Under the pieces are notes generated by a model, which saw nothing but the letters and a program-made list of their open reading frames with translations, was not told the origin of the DNA and searched no databases. Shown piece by piece: positions 49,728 to 59,908 of a stretch of 64,000 nt of DNA (positions are counted from its first letter, which is position 1; the number at the start of each line of letters is the position of its first letter). This stretch comes from Spirochaetia bacterium (GTDB lineage: Bacteria > Spirochaetota > Spirochaetia > UBA9216). The stretch lies in the NCBI GenBank assembly GCA_965140585.1, contig OZ223272.1, forward strand, positions 160,001 to 224,000. The letters run 5' to 3'. The position numbers were made by a program, and so were the translations under genes.

Positions 49728-51001
49728 TATAAATCCTTATGGGTGAATTCCTTTTCACCATCCGCGTAGGGTTTAACACAGTGTCCGTCACCTGTGACAA
49801 AGTACTTGTAGATAGTAAGACCTTCAAGACCGACAGGTCCGCGGGAATGAATTTTACCGGTTGAGATTCCTACCTCAGCTCCGAAACCGTATCGGAATCC
49901 GTCAGCAAACCTGGTTGAACAGTTTTTCATAACCGAACTTGAATCTACGTTGGCCATAAAATATGCAGCATGGCTCTCATTGGTTGTGAGGATGCAGTCA
50001 GTATGGTGACTGCCGTGAGTATTGATAAAAACTACAGCATCTTCAAGGCTGTCGATAACCTTTACAGAAAGAATAAGCTCGTTATATTCGGTATCCCAGT
50101 CTTCGTCTGAAGCTGCTTCAACATCAATAAGCTTTCTGGTTTCCTCATCGCCAAGAAGTTGAACTTCCGGCATCTTTCCGGGAAGCTTTGGAATAATTTC
50201 AGAGGCCGAATCCTTATGAACAAGGAGAGTCTCAATTGCGTTGCACACTGCCGGGTATTGGCACTTTGCGTCTCTGATCAGGTCAAGGCTCTTTTCCATC
50301 TCAAAACTGCTGTCCACGAACATATGGCAGATTCCGTCGGAATGACCCATTACTGGGATTCGGGTATTCTTCATAATGTAGCGTACAAGCTGGTTTGATC
50401 CCCTTGGAATCATTAAATCGATGTACTGATCAAGAGCCAGCAGGGCGCTTATATCCTCACGGCTTTCTACCAGCATAATAGTATTTCTAAAAACAGAGTC
50501 AGTAGTCTCAACAGCCTCAACAATAACCGAAGAAAGAATCCTGTTTGAGTTCAGCGCCTCACTGCCGCCTTTCAAAATAACTGTATTACCTGATTTTACG
50601 CAAAGCCCTGCAATCTGAACAAGAGCGTCAGGACGTGATTCAAAAATAACTCCGATAAGCCCGATGGGAACGCTGACTCTTTTAAGAAGAAGGCCCTCAT
50701 CAAGTTCACGCTCCAGTGTGGGTTTACCGAGAGGATCGGGCAGTGATTCAAGTGATTCAAGACCGGCAGCCATCTGCTCAATCTTCTTCTCTGTAAGAGA
50801 TAGCCTCTTTACAAGGGCCTGTCCGAGACTGTTTTTCTCAGCCGCCTCAAGATCAAGCTTATTTGCTTCTATTATCTCTGCCGTTTTTGCTCTAAGTGCA
50901 GCGGCAATGTTCTTCAACGCCTTATTTCTAAGTTCACAGTCCGCAGCTGCAAGTCTGTATGATGATTCTTTTAATGCCTTTGTCTGTTCTATCAGGTTCA
51001 T
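49727..51001 (-). CDS. proA: Glutamate-5-semialdehyde dehydrogenase
   Basis: VIFESRP; CNAIETLLVH; STRFADG..GFGAEVGIST..RGPVGL. Confidence 0.97.
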   Translation of the reverse strand: MNLIEQTKALKESSYRLAAADCELRNKALKNIAAALRAKTAEIIEANKLDLEAAEKNSLGQALVKRLSLTEKKIEQMAAGLESLESLPDPLGKPTLERELDEGLLLKRVSVPIGLIGVIFESRPDALVQIAGLCVKSGNTVILKGGSEALNSNRILSSVIVEAVETTDSVFRNTIMLVESREDISALLALDQYIDLMIPRGSNQLVRYIMKNTRIPVMGHSDGICHMFVDSSFEMEKSLDLIRDAKCQYPAVCNAIETLLVHKDSASEIIPKLPGKMPEVQLLGDEETRKLIDVEAASDEDWDTEYNELILSVKVIDSLEDAVVFINTHGSHHTDCILTTNESHAAYFMANVDSSSVMKNCSTRFADGFRYGFGAEVGISTGKIHSRGPVGLEGLTIYKYFVTGDGHCVKPYADGEKEFTHKDL

Positions 51002-51795
51002 TTTCCAAGCTCCATGCTTCTTTCGATTGTTCTTGCAACTGTTGCTGCAATCACTTCCTTATAATCTGAAGATTCCAAAATCTCCCGTCCTGCCACAGTA
51101 GTTCCGTTTGGAGAACTTACCATCTTAACCAGTTCTTCCGGGGTCATTTTTTTCTGCTGAAGAAGTGCTGCGGTCCCCTTCATTGTCTGTATTGCCAGCT
51201 CCGTAGACATTTCCGGGCTGAGCCCCCCTGCAACACCGGCCTCAATAAAAGCTTCCGCAATACGGGCAAAATATGCAGGACCTGAACCGGAAACCCCTGT
51301 AACAGTATCTATCAGCTCTTCCCTGACTTCAACCGCTGTTCCGGCTGCAGAAAGCAGCTTCTGTACAAGCTCAAGATCTTCAGCGGTCACAAGCTTTCCG
51401 GCGGTATAACCGGCAGCCATTTCACCGACAAGACAGGGTGTATTAGGCATAACCCTTACAATCCTTGCCTCAGGCATGGCTTTCTCATAGAAATCAAGTT
51501 TCAATCCTGCAGCTATGGTGATAAACAGTCCCCTGCTTTTTTCAAGCGGTTTGATAACATCTGCCATCATCTGAGGTTTTACAGAAAGAAAAACAGCATC
51601 ACAGCTGCCTGAAAGTGATTCAACAGAATCTGCCGGTTCAACGGATGAGAAACTGTCTTTAAAAAGTCTGATTCTTTCCTGGCTGATATCAAAAGGAACA
51701 ATCACAGCATCAGCGAATGATTCAGAAATCGCACCGGCGAGGGCAAAAGCCATATTTCCGGCACCTATAAAACCTGTTCGAAGCATAATAACCAC
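50998..51795 (-). CDS. proC: Pyrroline-5-carboxylate reductase
   Basis: GFIGAGNMA; SVKPQ; RVMPNTP; SGSGPAY; VSSPNGTT. Confidence 0.97.
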   Translation of the reverse strand: MVIMLRTGFIGAGNMAFALAGAISESFADAVIVPFDISQERIRLFKDSFSSVEPADSVESLSGSCDAVFLSVKPQMMADVIKPLEKSRGLFITIAAGLKLDFYEKAMPEARIVRVMPNTPCLVGEMAAGYTAGKLVTAEDLELVQKLLSAAGTAVEVREELIDTVTGVSGSGPAYFARIAEAFIEAGVAGGLSPEMSTELAIQTMKGTAALLQQKKMTPEELVKMVSSPNGTTVAGREILESSDYKEVIAATVARTIERSMELGK

Positions 51796-51862
51796 CTGAG
51801 ATTAATTGTATTCAAAATGTAATATAAACAGAAAAGATTGTAAATGGCAGCAGTTTCAGAGC

Positions 51863-51908
51863 AAAAAAACGGAGACTGAACAGCGCATTCCTGCCCTGTA
51901 GTCTCCGT
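51863..51908 (-). terminator. Likely terminator of the decayed ABC operon
   Basis: ACGGAGACT..AGTCTCCGT stem with A7 on + (U-tail on minus). Confidence 0.6.
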
Positions 51909-51929
51909 GATATCAACTTAATTTCTAAA

Positions 51930-52220
51930 TCAGGCAGTTCGCTTCTTTGCTCTCTGAGCCGAAATATAATCAGTAAGAGTTGTTGTGCTTAGTGCGAAAA
52001 GCAGTACAAAACCCTTAATCATTATCTGAATATATTCACCGATTCCTACCATAACAAAGGTAGCCCCTATTGCCATGATACCTAGAGTTGAAACCTGCCT
52101 GAATATATTTATAACATTCGGAACAGTCAGAAATGTATCGCTGGAAACTGAAAACAAGAATACAACAACTATAAGGGCTATATAAATGCTGACACTCTGT
52201 AATTTAATTCCTTTTTTCAA
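51930..52220 (-). pseudogene. RbsC-type permease remnant with large in-frame internal deletion
   Basis: N-terminus FLTVPNVINIFRQVSTLGIMAIGATFVM joined directly to C-terminus GIGEYIQIMIKGFVLLFAL; 96 aa versus about 320 aa for the intact permeases in this window. Confidence 0.85.
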
Positions 52221-52243
52221 GTTGCGCCTTCCTCAAATTGGCA

Positions 52244-52271
52244 GCTTTGAAAAACTGCAGTTTTTCAAAGC
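52244..52271. repeat. Perfect 28-bp palindrome (REP-like)
   Basis: GCTTTGAAAAACTG-CAGTTTTTCAAAGC. Confidence 0.85.
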
Positions 52272-52288
52272 CCACCTTAGATTTAAAA

Positions 52289-53773
52289 TCATTTATCACC
52301 GGATTCCATATCCAGCAGTTTATTTTTATCAAATTCATCTTTTTTCATAGAGCCGACCTGGTCTCCTTCAGCCATAACTATCAGCCGGTCTGACATACCA
52401 AGCAGCTCTTCCATCTTTGAAGAAATCATAATTATAGATTTACCCGCTTCTACAAGGCCGTTCATAATCTTGTAGATTTCCTGCTTTGCACCTACATCGA
52501 TACCACGGGTGGGTTCATCGAAGATAAGTATGTCGGATTCAGTAACCAGCCATTTTGCAAGGACAACCTTCTGCTGATTTTCTCCACTCAGATTTTTAAC
52601 CAGCTGTTCATGCGACGGAGATTTTATCATCAGATCTGCCGACTGTCGGTCAATAATCTCCTGCTCTTTTGCGGTATCCATTATGATGCCCTTTCGGAGC
52701 TTTTTGAGTATGGTCAGGGTAATATTATGCCTGACGGATTTTTCAAGAAGGACACCCTGCTGCTTCCGGTCTTCCGGAATAAGGGCAATGCCCTGACTGA
52801 CAGCATCCTTAGGTGAGTTAATGGAAACAGTCTTTCCGTTTCTGAATATACTTCCGCTGTCCGGACGTTCCGCCCCGTAAATCAGGCGAACAAGTTCTGT
52901 TCTTCCAGCGCCAACCAGACCGGCCAGCCCCAGGATTTCGCCTTTTTTCAAATCAAAACTAACATTCCTGACTCCGTTTCCAGTCAGGTTCTCAACCCTC
53001 AGAACTTCATCGCCTATCACCACATTCCGTTCCGGGTATGATTCTGAAACTTCCCGGCCTACCATATAGCTGATAAGATCCTTTCGGCTTGTATCTTCGA
53101 TATTAAGGGTTTTAATCTTTTTCCCGTCCCGCATTACAGTAACCCTGTCAGCCAGACTGAATATCTCCTCCATTCGATGGGAGACATAGATAACAAGAAC
53201 ACCCTCAGCCTTTAATCGGCGTATCAGTTTAAACAGAACCTCAGTCTCTGCTGTTGTTAGAGCAGCAGTGGGCTCATCCATAATCAGGACCTTTACATCC
53301 TTTGAGATAGCCTTGGCAATCTCGACAAGCTGCATATATGCGACAGTTAAATCCTTAACTCTAATTTCAGGATCTATCTGAATATTAAGGAATTCAAAAA
53401 TTGACCTCGTCTTTTCGATCATCCCCTTTTTATCAAGAAACAAGCCCTTCTTCTTATAATCTCAGAGAAATATATTCTCATATACTGCAAGATCGGAAGC
53501 AAGGTTAAATTCCTGATAAACGACTTCGATGCCTTTCTTCTTTATAAGTTCCGGTGAAATATTTTCTATCTTTTCATTCTCGAAAACAAGATTTCCACAT
53601 TCAGGTTTAATTGCTCCGGCAATCACCTTAATCATTGTGGACTTACCCGCTCCATTTTCTCCGACAAGGGCATGAACTTCTGCTTTATTAAAATCAACAG
53701 ATACATCATCAATGGCAACAACACCGGGATAAAGTTTAGTTACATTTTCCAATGATAATAAAAGGTCTGACAA
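52289..53773 (-). pseudogene. RbsA-type ABC ATPase interrupted by in-frame TGA at 53464-53462
   Basis: TTG start after AAGGAGG; GENGAGKST; ENIFL*DYKKKGLFLDKKGM in one frame; degenerate LSGENQQKV and ISSKMEEL. Confidence 0.88.
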
Positions 53774-53891
53774 AGGCTCCCTCCTTATGATGAGCGGCTT
53801 CATGCTGTTTGATTTTGATAAAACAGTCTCCCCTTTTTCAGGGGAGACAATCTTAAATCTGAAAATTAACTGTTCAGCTTTCTTATTTATA

Positions 53892-54841
53892 TTATTTTGT
53901 ATATTCGCTGATATTGTCAATTGAGACAGGAATTACTCCCATAACAATTATGTCTTCGATAGGCTGATTTGTAGCGAGTTTATGGACGATGTCCATTGTC
54001 ATAACACCGGAAACCTTTGAATCACAGTCAACTGTTCCCCTGTATGCAGAAACCTTTGCAATATTGGCTACAGCAACTTCTGAAAGATCACTTCCGAAAA
54101 TTGCAAAATTCTCATCATCCTTACCTGCTGCCTTAACCGCTTCATAGGCGCCGAGAGCCGGTCCGTCACTTATACTTACAATAACATTAAGATTCGGATC
54201 TTTCTGAAGGAATATATCGGCAAGGTTTGCACCGTTAGCACTGTCAATGGCAGAACCCTTAACTACAATTTCCGCAGCGGGAGCAGTGGCACTAAGTGCA
54301 TCACGAATACCGTCAGCTCTGTCAATAAGAACCTGAACTACAGGAAACTCAATAAGACCTACACTTGCTTTTCCGCCTGAGTTCTCATTGATCCATTCAC
54401 CAGCCATGGTTCCACTTGCTTTACCAACAGCATAGTTGTCATTCTTGTACCAGCAGTCATAATTATTAAGCCCTATACCGTATGCAATAATTTTGATTCC
54501 CTGGTCCATTGCTTCTTTAGCAACCTTTGACATTGATTCTGCATCAAGAGCCTGAATGATAATTACATCACACTTTGCAGCAATGAAGTTCTGAACTGAA
54601 TTAATCTGTTTGTCCGGATCACCGGCAGCATCACTGAGCAGCAGATCGATTCCAAGCTTGTCAGCCTATACCTTTGCATCAGAAGCCATCTGAGCAATTA
54701 CTGTATCGGCAAGGTTGATAAGTGAAAAGCCTGCTTTGATTGTAGGCGCGGAACCACCGTCTTTACCCTCTGAGTCGCCATTTGCCCAGACCATTGAAAC
54801 TGATAAAATCAGTATTACAAGTAGAATACTGATTTTTTCAA
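53892..54841 (-). pseudogene. Sugar-binding protein with frameshift after MKK (A6, 54833-54838) and in-frame TAG at 54668-54666
   Basis: GAGGAGG RBS + TTG; repaired frame reads MKKISILLVILILSVSMVWANG..DAKV*ADKLGIDL..QINSVQNFIA, continuing into ORF 53892-54533. Confidence 0.82.
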
Positions 54842-55065
54842 GTTAACTCCTCCTCTGTTTGGATTGCAAAATTATATACCCATCATGCGCATTTCGCAAG
54901 TATCTTTTTGTTTTTTTCTTTCTTTTTGATAATTTTTATAAAATGAATGATTATTTTCAGACTAAATAATCATATTGTTTTGATTCAAATTAAGAGATTC
55001 CGTTCACGGATTCTGCTGTGCTTCAGTTAGTGAGATGATAATAAAAATATTAACTTGAAATCCCG

Positions 55066-55854
55066 TCAGGAAAGTATGACTTCAATACCCTTTTCAGCAA
55101 GCTGCTTTTTGATAGAGTCAGGACAGCCTGTATCTGTCACCACAACATCGACCTTATTCAATTCGGAGCTGATAAAATTTGAAACATTTCCAAGCTTTGA
55201 AGAATCGGCCAGAACTATTACCTTGCCATGAGTATTTTCTATCATTGCCTGATTGATACTGCATTCCTGATAATTACTGGTTGTAAGACCTCTTTCCAGG
55301 TCCAGACCGTTTGTTCCGAGAAATGTATGGTTACTATAGAAGTTTTTAAGCGTATTTATTGGAATCTCACCGACAAAACTCCTGGACTGTTCGCGGTATT
55401 CCCCGCCTAAAAACATAAATTCGACCAGGGGATCATGTTCACAGTCTATTGCAGCAGCATTGTTCGTGATTATTTTAACCCTTTTATTTCTGAGAGCCTT
55501 AATAAAGAATAGAAGGGTTGAACCTGAGTTCATGAAAATTATCTCACCATCCTGAACAAGCTCAACAGCCTTCTCTGCTATGCGCTTTTTTTCCATTACA
55601 TTCAGAATATCTTTTTCATTGAATTGACGCTCGGGGACCTGCTCAACTCTCTGATTCATCGGCAGGGCTCCGCCGTGGGTTCTTACAAGAAAACCACGCT
55701 GATCAAGTACATCGAGGTCCCTTCTTATTGTAACTGCAGAAACATCAAGAGCCTCTGCAAGTTCATCAACACTGACGCTTCCCTTGTCTTTTAAAATATC
55801 AAGAATTCTGAGGTGTCTGTTATATACGAATGATCGACTGTTCATATTGTTCAT
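55066..55854 (-). CDS. DeoR/GlpR family regulator
   Basis: VSAVTIRRDL..RTHGGA; NSGST; IITN; LADSSK. Confidence 0.94.
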   Translation of the reverse strand: MNNMNSRSFVYNRHLRILDILKDKGSVSVDELAEALDVSAVTIRRDLDVLDQRGFLVRTHGGALPMNQRVEQVPERQFNEKDILNVMEKKRIAEKAVELVQDGEIIFMNSGSTLLFFIKALRNKRVKIITNNAAAIDCEHDPLVEFMFLGGEYREQSRSFVGEIPINTLKNFYSNHTFLGTNGLDLERGLTTSNYQECSINQAMIENTHGKVIVLADSSKLGNVSNFISSELNKVDVVVTDTGCPDSIKKQLAEKGIEVILS

Positions 55855-55897
55855 ATTAAATTGATTATATTGCTCATTTCAGGTAAAATCAACTCCA

Positions 55898-57398
55898 ATG
55901 TTTGAAATTGTCACTATTGATACAGGAACTACAAGTATACGAGGCATTCTCTTTGACCAATACGGTAAACAGATGCATGTCTGCCAGTTCGAAAAACCTC
56001 CCATCTATCATAAAAACGGATGGGTTGAACAGGATCCGCAGACCTGGCTGACAAAACTCTTTGAAATACTGAAGGATTTAAAAGCAAAGGCCGATTCCGC
56101 AGGAACCGATATCTCTGCAGTATCACTTACCTCACAGCGTTCTTCAGTAATTCCTGTAGACAATAGCGGAAAAGCATATATACCCCGCAATCATGTGGCA
56201 GGAGAAGAGAACAGAGTACTGCTGTGACTCCTTAAAAGAAGCTGAGGCTGACGTCTACAGAAGATGCGGCATGAGAATTTCCCCGGTATTCTCAGCTCCG
56301 AAAATAAACTGGATAAAAGATAATAAACCAGAAATTTACAGTAGCACTTACAAGTTCATTGGAATACAGGATCTGCTGCTTAATGCCCTGACAGGAAATT
56401 TTGTTACCGATGCAAGCCTTGCAAGCAGAACCTGCCTTCTCAATCTGCAGTCAAAACAGTGGGACAGGGAACTGATGCAAATCTTTGATATAGAAGAAGA
56501 TAAGCTTTGCAGTATTATTGAACCCGGCTCATCCGCAGGCGGACTGAGCGCAGAGGCGGCAGGGCTTTCGGGCCTTAGACAGAGTATTCCTGTTATTTCG
56601 GCCGGAGGCGATCAGCAGTGCGCGGCTCTCGGACAGGGCATGTTCGACAGCTCTACAGTAGTAGCAAATACCGGAACAGGTTCATATCTAATCGGCTTAA
56701 CTGCTGAGCCTGTGTTCGATCCGGACATGCGCCTTTCCTGCAATGTTTCTGCAGTGAAAAACAGTTTCATAATAGAGGCATCGGTACTCACCACCGGCTC
56801 AATCTACAGGTGGTTTTCAGAAAATTTCTACGACGGCAGCAAGAATTTTGAACTGCTCAACTCGGATGTTGAGCAAACCCCGGCCGGTGCAAACGGAGTA
56901 CTTCTGCTGCCCTACTTCAAAGACGCAGGTTCACCCATGTGGGAACCTTCTGCTACAGGCTCATTCCACGGCCTTACACTCGCAACCTCCAAAGCTGACA
57001 TGTGCAAAGCTGTAATAGAAAGCATTGCATTTGAGCTTGCTGACAACCTGAATCTTTTTTCAGATTTCATACCGGATATTCGAACAATATCAACAGCAGG
57101 AGGAATGACATCTTTCAGCCTTTTTAACCAGATTCAGGCAGATGCTGCCAACCGGAAAGTGATAAGATACCAATCTGATGAAGCGACATCGCTGGGAGCC
57201 TGGATATCAGCTGCATACGGGCTTGGACACTTTCCGGATTATAAAACAGCCTTTCAATCTGCAGTAGATGAGAAGCGATGCAGAGTCTTTGACCCGATAA
57301 GCAGTAATACTGAAATTTATTCAGGACTCATAAAAAAGAGGCAAAAACTTCTTAAAATCATTAAAAACAGCAATTTATACGATATCCTGACCGATTAG
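55898..57398 (+). pseudogene. FGGY carbohydrate kinase split by a frameshift near 56175-56185
   Basis: IDTGTTS; GWVEQDP; TSQRSS in ORF1; PAIMWQ junction in shifted frame; GGDQQCAALG and TGTGS in ORF2. Confidence 0.87.
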
Positions 57399-57413
57399 AC
57401 AGTCTACCCTGTC

Positions 57414-57449
57414 TTGACAATAAAAGTTACGGCACCTATTATCAGATAA
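57414..57449 (+). promoter_or_regulatory. Promoter of the FadR gene with overlapping palindromic operator
   Basis: TTGACA (57414-57419)-N17-TATTAT (57437-57442); TTATC-A-GATAA (57439-57449). Confidence 0.75.
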
Positions 57450-57472
57450 CTTTTATCTTTGAGGCAGAGCCC

Positions 57473-58207
57473 ATGTTTGAATCAGTCAGAGGAAATAAAA
57501 TCTCAAGTGAAATAATTTTTCAAATCCGGAATATGATCTTCAAAGGTAAATTAAACCCAGGCGACAGACTGCCTCCCGAAAATATCCTTACAGAACAGTT
57601 CAACGTAAGCAGACAGACTTTAAGAGAAGCACTGCGTGCGCTTGAGTTTATCGGACTGATAGAAATCAAGAAGGGTGCTGCCGGAGGTCCCTGTATAGCA
57701 GAAGTTGACAGTGTTGTTCCCCAGGAAATGCTTGCAAACTTTCTGTACTTCAAGAATCTCAGCGTAAACCAGGTTTGTGACTTCCGGAAAACAATCGAAC
57801 CCACTGCGGCAAGAATGGCAGCGGAATTGATCACCGATGAACAGCTTGAAGAGCTGAGACGTATAGTAGAAACCTCAAAAAAAATAGATTTTCAAAACGC
57901 CGAAATATGGAAAACCGGACGATACGACCTGATTTTTCATAAGATAATCGGACAGGCCAGCCAGAATCCACTGTTTATCATAATTATCGAATTCCTTGAA
58001 AATGTCATGGAAGAACTGAAGGTGAACCACATCATCAAACAGGAAGAATATGTGGAAATTTTCAGGTCTCATGAACAGATTTACTCTGCACTTAAAAACA
58101 GGGATGCCGACACTGCAGCCAGGGTAATGTATGACCACATAGTATCTGTTCAGGAGTACCTTAATGCCACAGGCGACCGCGGAGTCTGGGAAAATCCCAA
58201 AGCTTAA
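57473..58207 (+). CDS. GntR/FadR family regulator
   Basis: LNPGDRLPPE..FNVSRQTLREALRAL..KKGAAGG; FCD domain FH..SQN..H..I. Confidence 0.93.
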   Translation: MFESVRGNKISSEIIFQIRNMIFKGKLNPGDRLPPENILTEQFNVSRQTLREALRALEFIGLIEIKKGAAGGPCIAEVDSVVPQEMLANFLYFKNLSVNQVCDFRKTIEPTAARMAAELITDEQLEELRRIVETSKKIDFQNAEIWKTGRYDLIFHKIIGQASQNPLFIIIIEFLENVMEELKVNHIIKQEEYVEIFRSHEQIYSALKNRDADTAARVMYDHIVSVQEYLNATGDRGVWENPKA

Positions 58208-58288
58208 TCTCAATTTTTTCAGCATTTAACTTTTTCTCACCTATTTTTTCCTTATAAAAAACAATATCTCACCATCATAAATCCTTAC

Positions 58289-58372
58289 CTATCAGATAAA
58301 TATTCTACTTTCCTTCTTTTTGACCGAATGGGTTCAATAAAATTTGACAGATACTTTAAATAGTGCAATAAT
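58289..58372 (+). promoter_or_regulatory. Operator copy and promoter of the oxidoreductase operon
   Basis: CTATCAGATAA (58289-58299); TTGACA (58344-58349)-N17-AATAAT with upstream TG. Confidence 0.6.
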
Positions 58373-58418
58373 TACAATCATTACAATTTTTTTTAATCTT
58401 CAAAAGGAGGCCGAAGCT

Positions 58419-59891
58419 TTGGAAAGCATGAAACAAAATTTAGTTGGGATTGTCGGTGCAAAGAATGTTATCGATAGTCCGGAAGTAATTGAAAGTTATT
58501 CTAAAGACGAAAGTTTTGCTACACCTATTAAACCGTTCTTTGTTGTAAAACCCGAAAACGCAGAACAGGTAGAAAAATTAGTTAAGTGGGCAAACGAATC
58601 AAAAACGCCGCTTGTACCGGTAAGTTCAGGTGCACCCCACTTTAAGGGTGATACTGTACCAAGCGCACCACAGTCAATAATTGTTGATCTCAGCGGTATG
58701 AACAAGATTATCAACATTAACCGCCAGCAGAGAATGATTGTTATTGAGCCTGGAGTAACCTACGCTCAGCTGCAGCCCGCCCTGGCAAAAGAAGGACTGA
58801 CTCTCCCAACTTCTATAGCACCAAAAGCAAACAAATCGGTTATAACCAGTGTTCTTGAAATGGAACCAAGACTGAACAGTGTTCATCAGTTCAACTATAC
58901 TGAACCTATCAGATGTACAGAAGTTACATTTGGTGACGGTCATCAGATTTACACCGGTGAAGCCGGAAACGGTCCTAAGGATCTGCAGAAGCAGTGGGAT
59001 CTCGGAAAATGGCAGGTTCATTCAAACGGACCCAACATGACTGATATGCTCCGAATGGTTATGCAGGCTCAGGGTAGCATGGGAATTGTTACATGGGCAT
59101 CCATGAAATGTGAACTTCTCCCTACCATAAACAAGATGTACATGGTTCCTGCCAAGAAATCTACCGATCTTGAAGACTTTGTCTACAAAACACTCAGATT
59201 CAGATTCAGTGACAAGCTTTTCGTTATGAACAAAGCCTACCTTGCAAGCCTGATGGGCGAATCAAAGGAAGAGATTGCGTCTTTAAAGGCTGAGCTTCCT
59301 GCATGGGTAGCCCCTGTTGGAATTTCTGCTGATATTCTCCTTCCGGAAATGAAGGTAAAGGCACAGGAAGAAGACATTGCTGACATAGCACAGGAATGCG
59401 GACTTCAGTTCCTCAAAGCAGTTCCTGGAGCAGCAGGCGAAGATGTACTTGCAAAAGTTGCAAAACCATCAGGAGAAAAGTACTGGAAACAGACTCAGAA
59501 AGGTTCTTTCCAGGACATCTTCTTTGTAACCACTCTCGACAAGACTTCAACATTCATCAACAAGATGTATGAAATGGCTATAGATGCAGGTTACCCGACT
59601 GAAGACCTTGGTGTATATATCCAGCCTCAGCACATGGGCACTTCTGTACACCTTGAATTCAGTCTGCCTTATAACAAGGAAAACGCAAAAGAGGCTAAAA
59701 AAGTAAAAGCTCTCTACGTTGCAGCAAGTAAGGAAATGTCAAAACTCGGCGGTTACTACGCACGACCATACGACATCTGGGCCGGCATTCAGCTTAATAA
59801 GGATGCTCAGACATACAAGGTCCTCAGGGATCTTAAAGATGTTTTCGATCCGAACAACATCATGAATACTGGAAAACTTACAATAAAATAA
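58419..59891 (+). CDS. FAD-binding oxidoreductase (FAD_binding_4 / GlcD-Dld-VAO superfamily), subunit 1
   Basis: VVKPENAEQV; VDLSGMNKI; IEPGVT; QGSMGIVT; KDVFDPNNIMNTGK; TTG start 8 nt after AAGGAGG. Confidence 0.88.
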   Translation: MESMKQNLVGIVGAKNVIDSPEVIESYSKDESFATPIKPFFVVKPENAEQVEKLVKWANESKTPLVPVSSGAPHFKGDTVPSAPQSIIVDLSGMNKIININRQQRMIVIEPGVTYAQLQPALAKEGLTLPTSIAPKANKSVITSVLEMEPRLNSVHQFNYTEPIRCTEVTFGDGHQIYTGEAGNGPKDLQKQWDLGKWQVHSNGPNMTDMLRMVMQAQGSMGIVTWASMKCELLPTINKMYMVPAKKSTDLEDFVYKTLRFRFSDKLFVMNKAYLASLMGESKEEIASLKAELPAWVAPVGISADILLPEMKVKAQEEDIADIAQECGLQFLKAVPGAAGEDVLAKVAKPSGEKYWKQTQKGSFQDIFFVTTLDKTSTFINKMYEMAIDAGYPTEDLGVYIQPQHMGTSVHLEFSLPYNKENAKEAKKVKALYVAASKEMSKLGGYYARPYDIWAGIQLNKDAQTYKVLRDLKDVFDPNNIMNTGKLTIK

Positions 59892-59908
59892 TATTAGAAA
59901 CGGAGGAA

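Noticed and set aside
29665-54668. Alternative genetic code, selenocysteine or pyrrolysine explaining the in-frame stops
   Set aside because: All three stop types occur, alongside frameshifts and deletions; TGA and TAG terminate intact genes (proC, proB, tex); the positions are not catalytic Cys/Lys sites; no sel or pyl genes are seen
58344-58418. N-terminal extensions given by the ORF track (also at 25043, 32224, 43704, 48899, 53920)
   Set aside because: The extensions run through promoter/operator or intergenic DNA; RBS positions or family N-termini indicate downstream starts
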